Shown: one piece after another, positions 40,089-52,839 of the stretch
Numbering within the stretch: the first letter of the stretch is position 1
Layout: every line of letters starts with the position of its first letter
Source of the DNA: Blasia pusilla
Lineage: Eukaryota
DNA length: 64,000 bases
Reading direction: 5' to 3'
Assembly (NCBI GenBank): GCA_050084515.1
Contig: CM114271.1
Location: 29,760,001 to 29,824,000, forward strand
Notes under the pieces: generated by a model
Database searches by the model: none
What the model saw: only the letters and a program-made list of their open reading frames with translations
Told to the model about the DNA's origin: nothing
Position numbers and translations under genes: made by a program

Positions 40089-43000
40089 CACTAGAAGAAA
40101 TCCCTCGTTTTATGACTAGGTTATATGACTCATATGAGTCATACTTTAGATACCACGACTAACAATGACTGACGACTACTTTAGACACAAAAGCCAAGTC
40201 AAATTTGTTTGACGACTAGGCTAACTAGGATGGTCAGCTTAGGTGGAGGTTGGTATATGACTCGAGGATGTAGTCATGAGGCCATGAGTGACACGTCACT
40301 TAGATGACATGGAATAATGACACATCATCATTGACATGGACTATTTAGTGTGATGTGTCACTGATGATATGGAGTATTGTTGTGACATGTCAATGATGAT
40401 CTGGACTTGAGTACGACTCATCTAGTCATATGTGTATATTTTTCTAGTTACCACCAACGACTCCTTTAGTCATGGTTGGTGTGCAAAAGTTCATAATATC
40501 CTATCAAAATGCACCAAGTGTACTCCATTCAGTTATAGTTGGCAACTCATGTAGTCCTTTTATTTTATTGAAATGTTGGTATGGACTCATGTAGTCATAT
40601 ACTATGACTAGAAGAGTAGAGTTACATGACTACTATAGAAGCGGACACAACTGGTTTAGTCACGAAGATATGATTATGTGAGTTGTGGATATTATGTAGT
40701 CATTGCAACAGAACTGCGTGAGTCATATAATTATGACTAGAGAGAACTTGAAGCTTAATACTTTAGTTTTTAAACCGTACTATGCTAGTTATATTGATAT
40801 GACTAGTGGGAAAATAAATTTTGGATATTTTGGAACGTTTATTATGCCTTTTGAACGGTGCAAGAATTAATGGATTTCAATTATTGAAATCCTCTTTTCC
40901 ATTTATATGATGAACACTTAAGCATTCACCTTAGCACATAGTATAATTTTGAAAAAAGCGCAAATAGCAAAACAACATCATATATCCAGAAACATGTCAA
41001 CTAAACTATATGGACGTAGCGCATGAGCACTATGTTATTACATTGAGTAGTGGCATCTTGAAGTAATCAAGAAACTACATATATTTTTTCTCTGAGTTTA
41101 GAAAGAGATGTAATAAGAATGTCTTGCTACAAACGAAACATACACAAGCAATTAACCAAGCAAATAATGAAAACATACTCTTGAAAATATATTTTGAGGG
41201 ATGGAATGTCACCAAAGAGTAGCTTCTATACACCAAGTTACAAATTGAATCACAATTACATGTGCAGGTTTGTCTATCAAATTCGGCATCCACAAAGCAT
41301 GTTCTGGTTCGAACATCTCATTTAGATCAACCCTCACCATGCATAAGGGGATGCCTTTGGCATGGAACTTGTCTCTTCCACCAAAACCTAATATAACTCC
41401 TGACCCAAGCACCATCCTACTCAACTTTGGCTTGGTGAGTAATACGTGATCACCAATTCGTAGCTAAAAAATACACAACCATTTAGTTAGTATCAATTCA
41501 AATTCTTCCCACATGCATTTGCACCATTAATCTGAAAATAAAAAACTGCTATGATATACCTGTTTGAAAGACCATCCCCATTTCGGAAGATGATGCGAAA
41601 AGTTCAGAAGTCCTGGACAACCATTTGATTGTCCACAACAAGAAATATTAGTGTCATCATGTAAACGATGTATGTTGTGTAGCGATGTGTATGCGCACGA
41701 CACATATCTACGACCTACTCTGGAAAAAAATAGAGCCACCCCCATGGTTAAGGTTGCAAATAAAATAAAAAACCAAGTCCTATCTTTGCCTACCTTATAT
41801 TCTTCACTCACTATCATCTTCAGATTCTTCACTTGAAGAGATTCCTTATGTGCAAAGTTGTATAGGAACTACGTTTGCAAAATCCCTACGTGCTAGTTCC
41901 ATCTCTTGGTTGGTCAATTCTATAGCTCCTATTGTGTTTACAATAGGAATCCTCTCAGGTAAGCTTATCAAAGCATGTAGACCAATGAAATCTCCATTAT
42001 CCATGTGCGTCATCTCACTATCCTCTACAAATACTCTACGGGCTCGAGATTCCTTGCGCAAGACTACTTTCCATTCACTCCCCTCACTTGCCTCGCCAAA
42101 AAATACTTGCTCCACTTGGGATGGAAAAACAAAAGGTTGGTCTAATGTTGATAGGCAAGACTTCAAATTGGCTAACAAGAATTCTTCAGAATCTCTTCTG
42201 ATTGATTTTCTAGGGGATTCCCAATCTTCCCTAACCCATCTCCCTCTCATCAACACTATTGGTTGATCAACCAACCCATAATCAAAAGCAAGTATATCTA
42301 TCAAGGTTCCAAGATAAGAATAAGCGCAATTTGATAGGGAGTTGTTCTCATCCCAAAAGTATGGTCCTATGCCACAATCAAATGTTGAAAAGGAATTTAC
42401 TCCATCCCTTCCCTCTACTTGAAGATGGTTTCCATATGCTTTCATAATTTTGTAAGAAAGAACCTTGGCCTGAGGTGGAATGGACAAGGAAAATGCTAAC
42501 GGATCAAGTTCAAGTGGCTAGTGATTAGCATTAGTGATCATAGCTTTGTGAATCCAATCTTCAAAGGGTAAGTTGGGTCATTCAAAGTTGTACTTCCTGC
42601 ACAAAAATGATGTGAGAAGGATATATAGTAAAGATGCCTCACATAACTTGCTGCCGACTATAAAAAAACAACAAACATGCCAAAAAAAAAGCAATAGTTT
42701 AGACACTCACCCGTGCCATACTTCCAATGATTTTTTATTGTGTAGAATGTAAAGATGTGCCAATCGCAACACTTCACGTGAAAGACGAATGGGCACCCCT
42801 GCCCCTTCCAACTCCTCTCCCATCACTCCATCTTCCTCACCATCATCCCAACATGTCATAGTAGCTTTGAACTTCCTCATATACTCACTCACAAATCCCA
42901 TGGCTTCATCTTTAACATAGTAACATACCCTTCGGACATACATCTCTCTAGTCTCGCTTTGGACAGTACGTACTTCTTCATGGTGCCTATGTACCTCTCT

Positions 43001-45520
43001 ATTGCGTATATCCAACGACAAGAGACTGGCCCACAGATATCAAGCTCCTCAATTAATTGGACAAGTAAATGGGTCATTATGTCAGAGAAGGCTATGGGGG
43101 AGTGCATCGATCTCTAGTAGACATAAGGTGATAAAAGTATCCTCACGTAATCTTTCAAGTTGGAATGGATCATAGACTTTCATACATATACTTCTAAAAA
43201 TCCTACTTAACTCCATGATTATCATGCGCCTACTCTCCTTGAACGTTAATCTTCTTGTTGCGGAAGCGTGCGTTCAGTAGGTCAGGCTCTCAACGCTGAT
43301 CTGCATCCAAACACGCCCTCTGGTTAGTCGGGTCTTGGATCAATCAGTGGGCTAAATTTTCGAGTTCTCGTCTCGGTCTCTCATCAAGCTCAACCTTCCT
43401 AGTTTCGCGGTTTACAACACGGGCAAGTCTTGCGAGACTTGGGACAGACTTTCTGGTCGGTTCAGGAATCTCAAACGGCATTTCGCGCCTCGCGGTTCCA
43501 ACTGTCCGATAGACATCCAATGAGTCCCTAACCAAGACTCGCATGAAGTGAATCTCGGGTTGGAATCCAAGTGTGGCGTACAAAGTCCACTCCCTTGGAT
43601 CAAGTTTGGGTTTCAAGTTCCAATGCCAAACTCACGTTCCATCCCGTGCCTCTGAGATGCCGTTTGGCGCTCAAAGTGGGGATTTGTGTTCCAAGACATC
43701 TTGGAGAGACTCATCCCTTACTAGTACTTCTCGGGATCTCTGGGGTCCCCCTACCTTTAGGGAAAGACATCCGGGCCTCTCCAATTGGCCCTCAACATGA
43801 TTGCTCTCACAGTTTTTTTTGGCCAATATCTCAGTTTTTACTTATGCGTTTGCTAAGATCTTTGGTGCGTTGGGAGCGTTTGAAGATAATCTTTCCAACG
43901 CGCCCTTATTTTTCCCAAATGCATCTTGGAGCTAAACATTATGGTCTAAAACACAGTCAAATTCCCCAAACGCTAGTCGTGTTCAAAAATTGGTTCTCAC
44001 CTCCTTAGCAACCAACCTTCCAAGACTCAACTCATCTCAAGTCTTGGTTCGCGTTTGGTCTAGGTTTCCTGGTCGCGACCACTAACGCACAAAATGCACA
44101 ACTCTGTTCTGCGTTTCGTCTCTTGGACTTTTCCAAACGCCTCTCCAAAGCGCAAACAACGCAGCATGAGTGCACTTGAGTTATGATGTTCCGCTTGGCG
44201 TCTATTTGGTGTTGTTTGATTATGAGGGTCGCGATAATGATGGTCATCCAAACTTCCATTTTCATAAGGCCATGCTAGGAGTAAGGTAGGATTTGATGAA
44301 GCAACAGATGGTAATCATGTGACTTCATATTTCCCAATTTCTTGTATACCACATGCTTCCTCAACTCATCGCAATAATCCGTAGGCACTTTGAGTGCCTC
44401 AATTATACCAAGAACTACCATCAACTCATGAGGAGACAACACATAGTCTGCAATAGGTTTGACAAGACCTTCTACTCTCCGTGGGTACGGTTGTAACCAC
44501 AAATGAGGTCGAACTCTTCTTGTCTCCATATCTCTCTAACCTTAACTGTATCTTTAATTCCAAATATTATCTTTACTAAGTTTTCAACAATATTCTTCTC
44601 CATATGCATGAAATCCAATGTGTGGCAAATTAGAAGATGTTGATGTATGATCAAGGAATCCCATTAGGGAGTTATGAAGCCCAATATATATATAATGCGA
44701 CAATGAGATTTTTTGGTGGTAAGAACCTAAGGTAAGTTGCTAGGATACTTGCCAATGAGGTAAATCGAAGAGCAAACTCCTCCTCTTCACTCCTATTTTT
44801 TTTTTGGATCAGCAGGACCATCTTCTCATCCTCCACTCTCGTCATATTTTTTCTTCTCCTCGGCCCATGCCATAATCTCCTCTATTGTAATCCTTTTTGG
44901 TGGTGGTCTTGCTTCCCCTTTACCATTAAAGTGGAAGCCATACTTCTTGCCTCTCTATGGATGAGAGGAGGGCAAGTATCGTCGGTGACCTCCAAATATG
45001 GGTTTGCTATACTCCTTGGAAACCCTGATTCCACCCTAGGCCTGCATATGGTACATGCAAGCTTTCCACCATGGCTTTGCCAAGATATTGTACCTAGTGC
45101 ATGATAGTCATTGATTGTCCAAAGAATCATTGACTTAATGGTAAACTCCCGCTGCCCATGGGATTTTTGAATATCATGGAGCACCACACCTTGCTATAAA
45201 TCTTCAAATTCCTCAACTAGTGGGGCAAGATAGGTGTTTTTATTCCCTCCGTGCACACTCTACTTCCCAAGTATAAGGAGTGCAAGCGTAACAAAGAATT
45301 GTTTGGTTTGCAACCAAGGAAGCAAGTTATAATTTACTAGTAAAATTGGCCATGCTGACCAAGAATTGGATTTATCTAAAAAGGGGTTTACCCTATTAAG
45401 AGCTGACCCAAATCTACAATTGTTTTTTTCTTCGCCAAATTCAGGGCAAGTTTCATCAACATGTGCCCATGCTTTGCTATCACCTATATGTCTATCCATC
45501 CCATATATTGGGAAGCCACA
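40089..45520 (-). mobile_element. CACTA transposon 2, decayed; 3' TIR at 40089, 5' end not found
   Basis: CACTAGAAGAAATCCCTCGTTTTATGAC plus subterminal ATGACT repeats to ~40810. TnpD fragments at 45499-45260, 45187-44882, 44654-44275, 43219-42707 and 42487-41846 (QPFVFPSQVEQVFF, DUF4216-like). TnpA-like last exon at 41464-41209. Confidence 0.9.
43220..44236 (-). mobile_element. Solo LTR inserted in the CACTA 2 transposase; TSD ATGAT
   Basis: ATGAT at 43215-43219 and 44237-44241. Termini mutated from TG..CA to TA..TA. Removing the LTR restores VWMTIMELSRIFRR, matching VRMTIMRMSRIFRR in CACTA 1. Confidence 0.92.
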
Positions 45521-45624
45521 TTTAGCATTTGTGATTTTTTATTGCCTCCATGTGTGGTTATTTCAAGATTTTCTTTTTCCATTTGAATGGTAAGACTGAA
45601 GTGTATGTTGAGACACACTTTGAT

Positions 45625-46115
45625 GATTTATGGACTTTAGAAAGAAGAGGGAAAAAAGTGAAAAAGATAGAGGAAGATTAGTGATGTACAAGTAATGTTC
45701 CAAGTCTTCTTTGAGTTTTGGTCTTTTTACCAATGCATCTCGAGAACGCACCATTGGATTGAGCTGAAGCATGAGGGATGTGGGGTTGGGAATGCCTTAT
45801 TGTCCTTGACGGTGTAGATCTTTAATATCAAACTCCATGTTAAATTTAAAATTGGGAATCCACATTTAGTGATGGTGATTTTTAATTGCCTCTATTTGTT
45901 TTCTATCTCCATTGGGATTGTAATACTAAAGTGCATGTTGTGAAAAACTTTCATGACTTATGGACTTTAGAAAGAAGAGGAGGGCCAAAAAATGAAGAAG
46001 ATAGACTCATAGAGGAAGATTAGTGATGTAAAGTAATGTTCCAAGTCTTCTTTGAATTTTGGTCTTTTTAGCCACGCATCCCGAGCATCCACTGTTGGAG
46101 TAAGCTGAAACATGA
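45625..46115 (+). repeat. Diverged direct repeat of at least ~150 bp, copies ~330 bp apart
   Basis: TATGGACTTTAGAAAGAAGAGG...GATTAGTGATGTA...GTTCCAAGTCTTCTTTGA at ~45630 and ~45959. Confidence 0.8.
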
Positions 46116-46480
46116 ATGGTCATTTGAAGAGTTTGTTTTTGTTATGGGTTCTAGAATTTAAGGTGCAGGTGGTCACAAAATTTCATGACTCAAAAAATTT
46201 GGAAGAGGAGGTCTCCTAGGGTTTGGTATTGGAGCAAAAGTTTTAGGGCTTTTTCCTTGGGGAGGCCCTCTTGATTTATATGATCTGATCTAACACTAAT
46301 ATAGATCAAGCCATAGCCAAAGTCAAGTGATGATATTTTGTGTCTTGTATTTAGTATTCCTTTTGTATGTGGGTATTTTGAGTTTCTTGTTTTGCATGGA
46401 TAATGAATCTACCTAGTGAAGAGAGGGGGTAGGAAAAATTGGTTCATTTATGTTTATGTAAGGAGTTTAGATAACGTTTA

Positions 46481-46655
46481 GGGTTAACAACTTAAACCCC
46501 TTGTATAAGCCAAGGGGTTTAAGTTGGTATTTTTTCTATGTGCAGAAAAAATACCAACTTAAACCCCTTGGCTTATACAAGCATGCTCCAAAAATGAGGC
46601 AAGCTTTGGGTGATACTTCATTGACGTGGCATGTAATGTCTGACGTGGCATGTTA
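46481..46655. repeat. Palindromic segment, possibly a Mutator-like TIR
   Basis: Starts GGGTTAACAACTTAAACCCC. Perfect 38-bp inverted repeat (46500-46537 and 46544-46581), followed by two GACGTGGCATG copies. No partner end seen. Confidence 0.55.
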
Positions 46656-47273
46656 GAGATGGGATGTGGCTTCAGAGGTCTAATGTTCCCTTGACACAAA
46701 AAATTTTCTCCTCCTGAAAAAAATAGCAATTTCCTAAAACTAATTATGGTCGGGCATTTGAGCGAGGTTTTGAAATGTGTCTCGCATTGAACCCTAAGGT
46801 GTATGGAGAGAGTGAGATACCCGGGAATTGAATTGAAGGCGCGATCAGGCGATCGAGAGAAAGGAAGGATCCGGATAGAAGAAATGTTGTAGTGCCGGTA
46901 AAAAGAGAAGACTCTTTCTTCAGGTATATTTTCATCACTTTGTAGAGAGACATTCAATTCTATCACAATGCCGCTCTCTCTCTTCCTGTCGGATGTGATG
47001 TCAATATCACATATGTGGAGTCCCATTATCCCATAACTCTCTCCACCTCTAGCAAATGATTATCCTCCGACACTCTTTCAAGCTGAAAATTCTCTCTTCC
47101 CTACCATTCTAAGTATCGTCCCATCCCCTATTTATGCTTCTCAATTACGGTCAACTTCTTGAACTTCACTCAACGGCTCAATCTTTCCTTGATAGGCCGC
47201 AATTGGAAGAAGAGCATCACACGGTTGCAGCGGCATATCCCTCCATGAGCATGATCGATCATTTTCCCATAGC

Positions 47274-48302
47274 TCTCGCGACCCTCATAACCAAACAACA
47301 CCAAATAGGCGCCAAGCAAAACATCAGAACTCAAGTGAACTCACACTGTGAGGTTTGCGCTTTGGAGAGGCGTTTGGAAAGGTCTCTTGGAAAAGTCTAA
47401 GAGACGAAACGCGGAACAGAGTTGTGCGTTTCATGCATTAGTGGTTGCGACTAGGAAACCTAGACCAAACGCAAGCCAAGACTTGAAATGAGTTGAGTCT
47501 TGGGAGGTTGGTTGCCAAAGATGTGAGAACCAGTTTGGAACACGACTAGCGTTTGGGAGAATGTGACTGTGTTTAGGACCATAACGTTGAGCTCCAAGAT
47601 GCATTCGGGACAAGTAAGGGCACGTTGGAAAGCTTATCTTGAGATGCTTCCAACGCACAGAGATGTCAGCAAACTCATAAGGACAAGCTGAGATATTGGC
47701 CGAAAACGATTGAGAGAGCAATTAGGTTGAGGGCCAATTGGAGAGGCCCGGGTGTCTTTCCCTAAATGTAGGGGCCCCCGGAGATCCCTAGAAGTACTAG
47801 TAAAGGAGGAGTCTCTCCGAGATGTCTCGGAACACGAATCCCCACTTTGGGCGCCAAACGGCATTTAAGAGGCACGGGATGGAACGAGAGTTTGGCGTTG
47901 GAACTCGAAACCCAAACCTGATCCAAGGGAGTGGACTTTGTACGCCACACTTAGATTCCAACCCGAGATTCACTTCGTGCGAGTCTTGGTGAGGAACTCA
48001 TTGGATGTCCATCGGACAGTTGGAACCGCCAGGCGCGAAACGCCATTTCAGGTTCCTGAACCGACCAGAAAGTCTGTCCCAAGTCTTTCGAGATTTGCAC
48101 GTGTTGTAAACCGCGAAACTAGGAAGGTTGAGCTTGATGAGAGTCCGAGACGAGAACTCAGAAAGTTAGACCGCAGATTGATCCAAGACTTGACTAACCA
48201 GAGTGCGTATTTGGATGCAGATCAACATTCAGAGCGTGACCTACTTAACGCACGCTTCCGCAACAAACAAGATTAACGTTCAAGGAGAGTAGGCGCATAA
48301 CA
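47274..48302 (+). mobile_element. Solo LTR; TSD ATAGC
   Basis: TCTCGCGACCCTCATAA...GGAGAGTAGGCGCATAACA, flanked by ATAGC at 47269-47273 and 48303-48307. Closely similar to the other two copies. Confidence 0.92.
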
Positions 48303-50338
48303 ATAGCGCTCTCAAAATCTCTTTGTTTCCCTGTGCTTCAAGATGCGCCGCGTCCTTCCACACACAGAACGAAACCACATCACCAAAAACAACGCCCACG
48401 TGATACCTTGGGCATTGCGTGCTTAATGTTCCACGAGGAAAACGTCACCAATATTTACTCTCATCCGAGACTATCCCAAATTTCTCTCGGTTTTGCAAGC
48501 TGCGAAACACAGACACAAATTGAAATGAAGGTATGATTGAGGAAGTGTGTGAACGGCGGAAGAAATTCCAGTGAGCTTGCCAACTGCAACAATTTGAGTG
48601 TGGGAAAATGAATGTGGAGAAAGATTTGGAAATGCATGCGCACTAGAGAAGACCCTGCTCGCACGTTCAAGTGGAATGCATTCTAAAATACCGCATGTAT
48701 CGTCCTCTGTATCATAGAAACTCATGCTCAACTGTCTGCTCGCCATCTTCACGAAAATTACCACGCCCATTACGACCGCCAATAACAACTTTCTCCCATT
48801 CATCTCCATCTTGTCCATCTTTGTCTTCTTTTCTCTCATGCTTTGAATCTAGTTCGTATTTTGTCTCTTGGTGACATAATTTTTCTTTACATATCAGTTT
48901 GGAAGTAAGTGAGCATTTTGAATCTTCTGTTCTCTCTAATCCCCAACGTGTAGATTCGATAGATTGATGAGGTCCATTTCTTGCATTGGAGATAGCTAGA
49001 ATGGGGCAGCCGAATATACAATAATACAATCCACAGTAGGTTCTAGCGGGACCTAGAGATCCATTAATAACACGATCCCCAATGTGAGCTTCAAGAAGAA
49101 TGTCCACTTGAAAAAACTTTGAGTAACGGAGCAAACTTTGAGAAATAACGAAAAGCCGTCAGGACAACCTCAAGAGGTCGAGGATGACCTGTTGAGGCCA
49201 TGGGTAACTTGCAAGAGTAGGTTTCCCCTTTGTTTTGGCTCATTTGGAGCCATATTGAGGAACTTCTTATTTTGGGTAAGTTACCATTTCTTAGTTTCCA
49301 CTTTGGAAAGTGGCCCTTGACCTCCTACAACACGTCAAGAGCCAAGGAGATGACCTGCGAGCATAGATTACCAAGGAGAGAGTTTGGGAGAGGGAAGGGG
49401 ATATACCTCCATGAGAGAGAGTTTGAGAGCTCATTCTCTCTATGTTGAACCTCTTGGCATGATGCGGCACAGCTATGGTACTCCTTGCCTTGTATGTGTA
49501 ACCCAAGTCTTTCATTAGGAGAGTGGGTTTGATTTGACATGAGAGAGAATGCACACCATGGAGAGCTTGGTGTGAGATGTTGAGAGGGATTTGATTGATT
49601 TACAAAGAGAGAATGAAGGAGTGAGAGAGTTTCAATGGAGGAGCTCGTTGGTCACTCACTATTGGTGCAGGTTGGGGACCGTGTTCCCCATTCAGCGGCT
49701 CATGGGAGTGCTCCTCGGAGCAAGAGTCGCTTGATTTTGCTCTTTCTTTGCCATTTTTTTGTGTGGAAGATCGAGTGGCGTATGGAAGCGTTGTCCAAAT
49801 TTCTTTAGAGATTGAGTATGGAGGCGGATTGCCCTATGCCGATGCTATTGGGAGCGCCATGTACCTCTTTGATTTATGGTTTTATAGGTTTGAAATTTTT
49901 GTGGGGAGAAATCAGTGCGGAAGCGCTGTTGAATTTCTTGAAGGACAACAGATTGAAGGGCTTTACAACAACCCCTTTCAATTTTTATTGCAAGGTTAAA
50001 TTAATTTATTTTTTGATATTGTTGTAGATTGTGAAGCTATGCACGCTTTGCAATAGACGGTGCGCAATTTGGAGCTGTGAGCAAAAAGTTATGACCAATT
50101 TTGCAAACTACCAATTTTAAGGTAAAAATTGTCAAACCCTAAACCAGCTGCCACCATTGGCGGCGCCGTCGCCGTCAACGTAGGAGTCACCATTGCCTTT
50201 TCCATCAATGCCGCCGCCGCCGCTTGTCACCGTTGCCATTTCCGTTGCTGCCGCTTCCGCCGACGTGAGTTTCCGCTGCTGTTGGCAATTGCAGCTGCCG
50301 CCGTTGCCACCATTCAGTTTACGTCTAGCCGTCGATAT

Positions 50339-51130
50339 TGTTAAGACCAGGTAGGGCTACCGCTACCATACTTGGGCGAGTCCGTATGAGTCGTCATTAC
50401 TTGTTAAACTCGCGACTTTGACAAGGTGACCTTTTTGGATTCACGGGATCCTAGTTTCTTTTCCACTTTGCTATGTTGTGATTGGTAGCCGCTCGACAAC
50501 GATCGAGTACCGTGCTGTGATGCATGTAGCTGCAACGCCCTGCCAATTTCCATGCCATGTCGCTCATGGCAGCACCGCACCGTCTCGATCGCGGAGCCAC
50601 TCCATCATTGGGGAGCATATTATGTTTTGTTGACTGAGGAGGGTATGTCACCAATTTCCGCACCCCATTCTCCGTTTCGTGCCGTTTATATCCGTTCCGT
50701 GCCACCAGTGCCACACCGTACTATTGGACCCGCACTGCACATCGGAGAGATTTTGGAGCAAAGTCACTACGAGAGGAGTACAACTTGTTGCTTGGAGAAG
50801 TTTGTCTTTATGATCGAGTTGGGGTCGAGGTTTCCAATTATTGAGGAGCGATCAACATTTGTTTAGGTTATCCATTCTGGTCTTTTGCCTTGCACGTGTT
50901 AGGGATTTCTTGATATTGGGTAGTTATTTGGGGATATTGGGTTTCGTGTAGGTGTTGAGAGCATTGATGATGTATGGGTTTAGGATATTGGAGGGTATGG
51001 ATATTGGAGATATTTTGGTACTTCTCGACTTGTTGTTTGGATGCCATGAGTAAGCATGGGATCATGCGTGTTTGTGTGTATGTTTGGTGACAGCGATGTA
51101 TGTTGTGTAGCGATATGTATGCGCACGATA
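50339..51130 (+). mobile_element. LTR-like remnant sharing its 3' end with the PHD-gypsy LTR; left boundary uncertain
   Basis: Ends AGCGATGTATGTTGTGTAGCGATATGTATGCGCACGATA. Confidence 0.45.
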
Positions 51131-52839
51131 ACATCCATTAGAGTCTCAAGCACCGTCCAACCAGGGCACGGGGTCTATGGTCTCAAGTCTACAACAGACA
51201 CTACTTAATGAGTACAGTCTCTCTCTCACATACACACATATAAATTTGCATTTCTTGGAAATGTTTCCAGCGATTGCACACCATCTTGCCCTATTTATGA
51301 TGGTTCTGACGGACACAATAGACCTCTTGATGAGCACATCTGATCCAAAAAAGAGACTAAAAGAGTCAATTGATTTTGTAGGCACTGCTAATCCCTGCAA
51401 CCCAAATATACAGATAGAGAGAGTGGGGGAGAGAGCAAACCCGTTGATAATGCCTTCCTTAGATCTCGACAATTTGATCTAGTTTAGAGAACTGACGACG
51501 GTTGTACAACTGCTCATGAGACCTGCCGGGAAGTTCCAACAAGTAACACACTTCCACCAGTGGGATGAGGCACCGATAATCCCAACTACTAAATAGTTAA
51601 TGGCTCCGCATAGGCTGGTCAGTGCTGATCGCGTTTACCCAAAACCTATCTCCAACTTTCGACTCTCAATTTTTTAGTTCCAGTGCATCTTCTTGCCAAC
51701 TCTATCTGTAAATCCCAACTTGAAGCACGGGCACCTAGCATCCAAAATGAACTCCACAAATACTGAGAAGTACAAGAATTGAATTTGACGAAAGAAAATC
51801 TTCATTACGGCTCTCGAGGTTTCTACAAGAATTGAAGGTCCTCCAAAAACTAACATCCTTCCCAAAATAGGATCTCGTCCACCACAACAATAGGACATTT
51901 GACATAACTTTCTACACCTCGTTGCCTCTGCATCATCTGCTGGCGATGCAAGTCCAGTCGAGTTTCCGAAAAATCCAATACCATCTTTCCTTGACATACA
52001 CACCAAGAAGTCCTCTCTCTCCCTATCTCATCCAAATCCAAATCCGACATCATTCGCACTATGATGAGTTGATAGTAACAATACAATAGTTACGTACTTC
52101 TTGACTATCACTTCAAGAAGTACGTACGTTACCATACAAATTCACTGGCTAGGCTATTTAAAGGGTAAGAGTAAACCAAGATTAGAGAGGGATGAGGAGA
52201 TGAGGTAATGGTTAAACTAAAACAACACAAAATGCAAGAACGCTGACAAGACACAATCTATGGTTGATCGAAGGTTGGATGCAATGTAGATTAGGTGATG
52301 GCATAGGCCATCTTCAATCCGGGGATCATCACCACCACAATGATTTTTGAGGGCTAATACCATGAGATTCCCACAGGTATGATCACCTCCCAATATTAGG
52401 GATGGTTTGAAGTTTGAGACACAAACACAATACCATCCACTATGTGAACGAACAAACTGAGCTCAAATCCATCCCCGTCACCTTCTCGTATGGGAGAATC
52501 CTAAAAGCCCTTTTTTAAAGCTGGAGAACCACAAAGCATTATCTCGGTGCAAATAAAAAATACAAGGGAGGGAGGAAAAAAAGTGCGGCAGATATTGTGT
52601 TCTATCTCTCTACCTAACGAGCACGTGCCCAAAGCCCTACGCTTTGTACTCTAAGATTAGAGTTACAAGGCCCGATAGCAAGCGCAAGCGCTTTGATCTT
52701 GAGTCCTTGCATATCAGACTCTAGGACAACGTTAGTTTCTTTTCTAGTGAACTGACTTCGCCAATCGCCTTCCAGTCCTTTGTAAAGCTCCACTATATTC
52801 CACCTCAATTGCAACAAAAACTATCACCCTAAAAGTTAC

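Noticed and set aside
48330-49600. Several overlapping short ORFs
   Set aside because: No recognisable motifs or consistent splice structure.
49826-49870. LPYADAIGSAMYL, resembling a copia RT motif
   Set aside because: Isolated short match with no other copia motifs nearby; too little to call.
51146-52086. Short ORFs on both strands
   Set aside because: All frames checked carry frequent stops and no family could be recognised.
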